From the NCBI RefSeq assembly GCF_003918875.1, contig NW_025767290.1, forward strand, positions 1,612,001 to 1,676,000: a stretch of 64,000 bases of DNA. Reading direction: 5' to 3'. Below are positions 61,765-64,000 of the stretch, piece by piece (position 1 is the first letter of the stretch; each line of letters begins with the position of its first letter). The stretch comes from Haliotis rubra. Its lineage: Eukaryota. Under the pieces are notes generated by a model that searched no databases, was not told the origin of the DNA, and saw only the letters and a list, made by a program, of their open reading frames with translations. A program made the position numbers and the translations under genes.

Positions 61765-64000
61765 GAATATTTCTTGAAGACTCTGGGATGTTTATGTTGA
61801 TGATATAATAGTCATTTCCTTAAAGGGGCAAGTTGCATCATTTTACATTGGCTGTGGAATTTGTGCAGTTTCTAAATAAACAAAAAACAACAGAACCTCA
61901 TGGTTTTTTTTCTTTATATTTATCTGCAATAACAATCTGAACAGGAAAATCTGCAAAATGACGCTAATCATTTTTTTTTCGATGATTGCTCATTGGTAAT
62001 GAACCAATCATCAATTGTGACATTTCAACCAATTCCCAACACTAATACTCAAATGCCTCAGCTTCACAGTCATGATATATTATGCCACTTTCGAAACGGA
62101 TAATCAGAAATCTCATTGTATTTACAGTTAACAAATTCTGAATTATTTGAATGTATCGTGTAAAGATAAAAATATCTCTATTAAAAGTAGAGCAGTTTAT
62201 GTCTAGATCTAGAGCAGAAATTGCACACTGTAAAATGCCCCCTTAACGCTGTCAGATAACAACACATCACAGACACCTGACAACTAATTTCATTTAAGTA
62301 TTCATAAAGCACTTCCCTTGATTGTCAGTCTCAAGTATCTGGTTTTATCTGCTTGCCATCACAAATTGGAGCTTCCAAGTCTCACGCTAATAACTCCCAG
62401 TCCCTGATAGCATTCTGACCATGGACCAAGTGTAAAAAGTATGTATTAGACTTACCACTTTCACAGCATCAAGGTAACTTGGTAAAGCCATCTTGTAGAA
62501 GTGAAGAAATATAAGATAAAAGGAGTTTGTTTCAAACTCACATCTGGAGAATTGAAACAACCCTATCCTGTTTTAAATACTGCATTGGTTTATTATTAAT
62601 AAAACACCTTTAAATGTTACATTTAAAATCTCAGGCTTGAAACTTGTAATATTCTGACTGATTTGGACAAAACTACCTTCCTACAACTACTCCACTGAAG
62701 CAAGTTATTAACTCCAATAATAAAGTTCAGTATTAATTTGGTAATAAACGGATCAAAGCTAAGCGTATCATTAAAGGCCCCTGTCCGTCATAAGCTGGCA
62801 CAATCATCCCTAATTCATACATGCACAGGGATATTATCCGAAAATCAGTACTTAACTAAGAATCAGTATCAAGGAAAATATTGCAAGTATTATTACTCCG
62901 AAATTGCTAGATGAAGGACAACATTCAGAATGCCATTATACAGCCATGGTATAATCTCTATAAACCTACGCCAAATAAAACTTTTTCATCAGGAGACTGT
63001 GCATGTTGGATTTATTGCACGAGCTGGATGAGCAATATCGCGAGATCCCCAGGATGGTAACGGAGACCACAGAGACCATGGAGACCACAGAGACCATGGT
63101 AAATACCAGCAGGGACAGAGACCAGGCTGATGAGAACTTGTGTGTTTACTCGTCATCAAAACAAACCACATCCTGGTCAGTGAGGGGTCAGCTTCCAGGG
63201 ATGTCAAGGATGTACTCATAAATCCACTCTTCTTCATTGATTCCGTCCTGGTCCATGTTTGGAGAAGCGGTCGGATAGCTCTGCCTCATCATCAGAAACC
63301 ACAGATTGGCTTTTCCTTCAAACATCTTTGGGCTACTATTTAGTCAAGAATACAAATCTTAGACGATGATGATAATTTCTTAGTTTAAACAAGCCACTGT
63401 GATGTATGTAATCACCAAGAATCATGACTGTAGTTATGCAGTTCTACAACTGCTTCTGGTGTGTACAAGTTTACATTGCATCAGATTTCCTATATTGTCA
63501 AGAATGCTGAAGAATATCTTACAAACAGAATAAGACTAGTGTGTGCTTGGAAGAGAGGCCCATTTTGGTCTTTTGCAGAATACAGATCATGAATCATTTT
63601 TTTCAGCAAATATGAGTCATATATTTAAATAACACTTATTTTGTTTCTGCCAAACATATATCACAGTCACAGAGTAGAGAATAACAAATCTTTCATTCTT
63701 ATCACTACTTCTCCCAAATTTGACAGCAAATACTAGTATCTAAGATCCAACAAATAGACAAATAATGACTTAACATCTCTTTGAACAGTGGGCCACTTAT
63801 ATCACATGGCAGATTAATGTCAGAGAAAAGTACCGGACATTTACCGATTTGGCGCCACAACAAAGTATGGTGGTCAGAGACAAGGACATATTCAAGGATC
63901 ACAGATTCAAAACCAGGGGGAGTAACTCCTGGTACAGTTAAGGGACATAACTCTATAATTAGTCACAGCTAAGATAACTGGGACAGCATGCTGCTATAGA

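Overview
Non-coding-dominated, AT-rich eukaryotic (metazoan) DNA with no operons, CRISPR arrays, rRNA genes or confidently identifiable host gene. The SINE families and abundant (GAGT)n tracts resemble those I associate with abalone (Haliotis, Gastropoda); this is an unverified inference. About one fifth of the window is tandem arrays (30, 22, 95, 29, 62, 40, 64, 31 and ~52/105 bp units). The rest is interspersed with three SINE families that share a 3' tail (called A, B and C here), several TIR elements (two pogo/Tigger-like, one Tc1/mariner-like, one Harbinger-like) and fossil coding remnants (Tigger DDE transposase, L1/Tx1 ORF2 zf-RVT end, probable DIRS/Ngaro tyrosine recombinase, tentative Academ-like transposase). 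One intact 381-aa orphan ORF lies at 7215-8360 (-). Most ORFs in the track are artefacts of repeats or the N-gap. The most interesting structures are: (i) a 413-bp unit of two inverted tRNA-like arms around a spacer that may hold a decayed hammerhead ribozyme (38641-39053); (ii) a 3.9-kb satellite that is the amplified terminus of a dispersed ~180-bp element also present as single copies in the window; (iii) a chimeric SINE carrying the flank of another SINE 11.5 kb away; (iv) two SINEs inserted one after the other at the same target; (v) a three-layer nested insertion. I cannot claim a proven novel system. All family names come from motif recognition by eye, and no database search was run.
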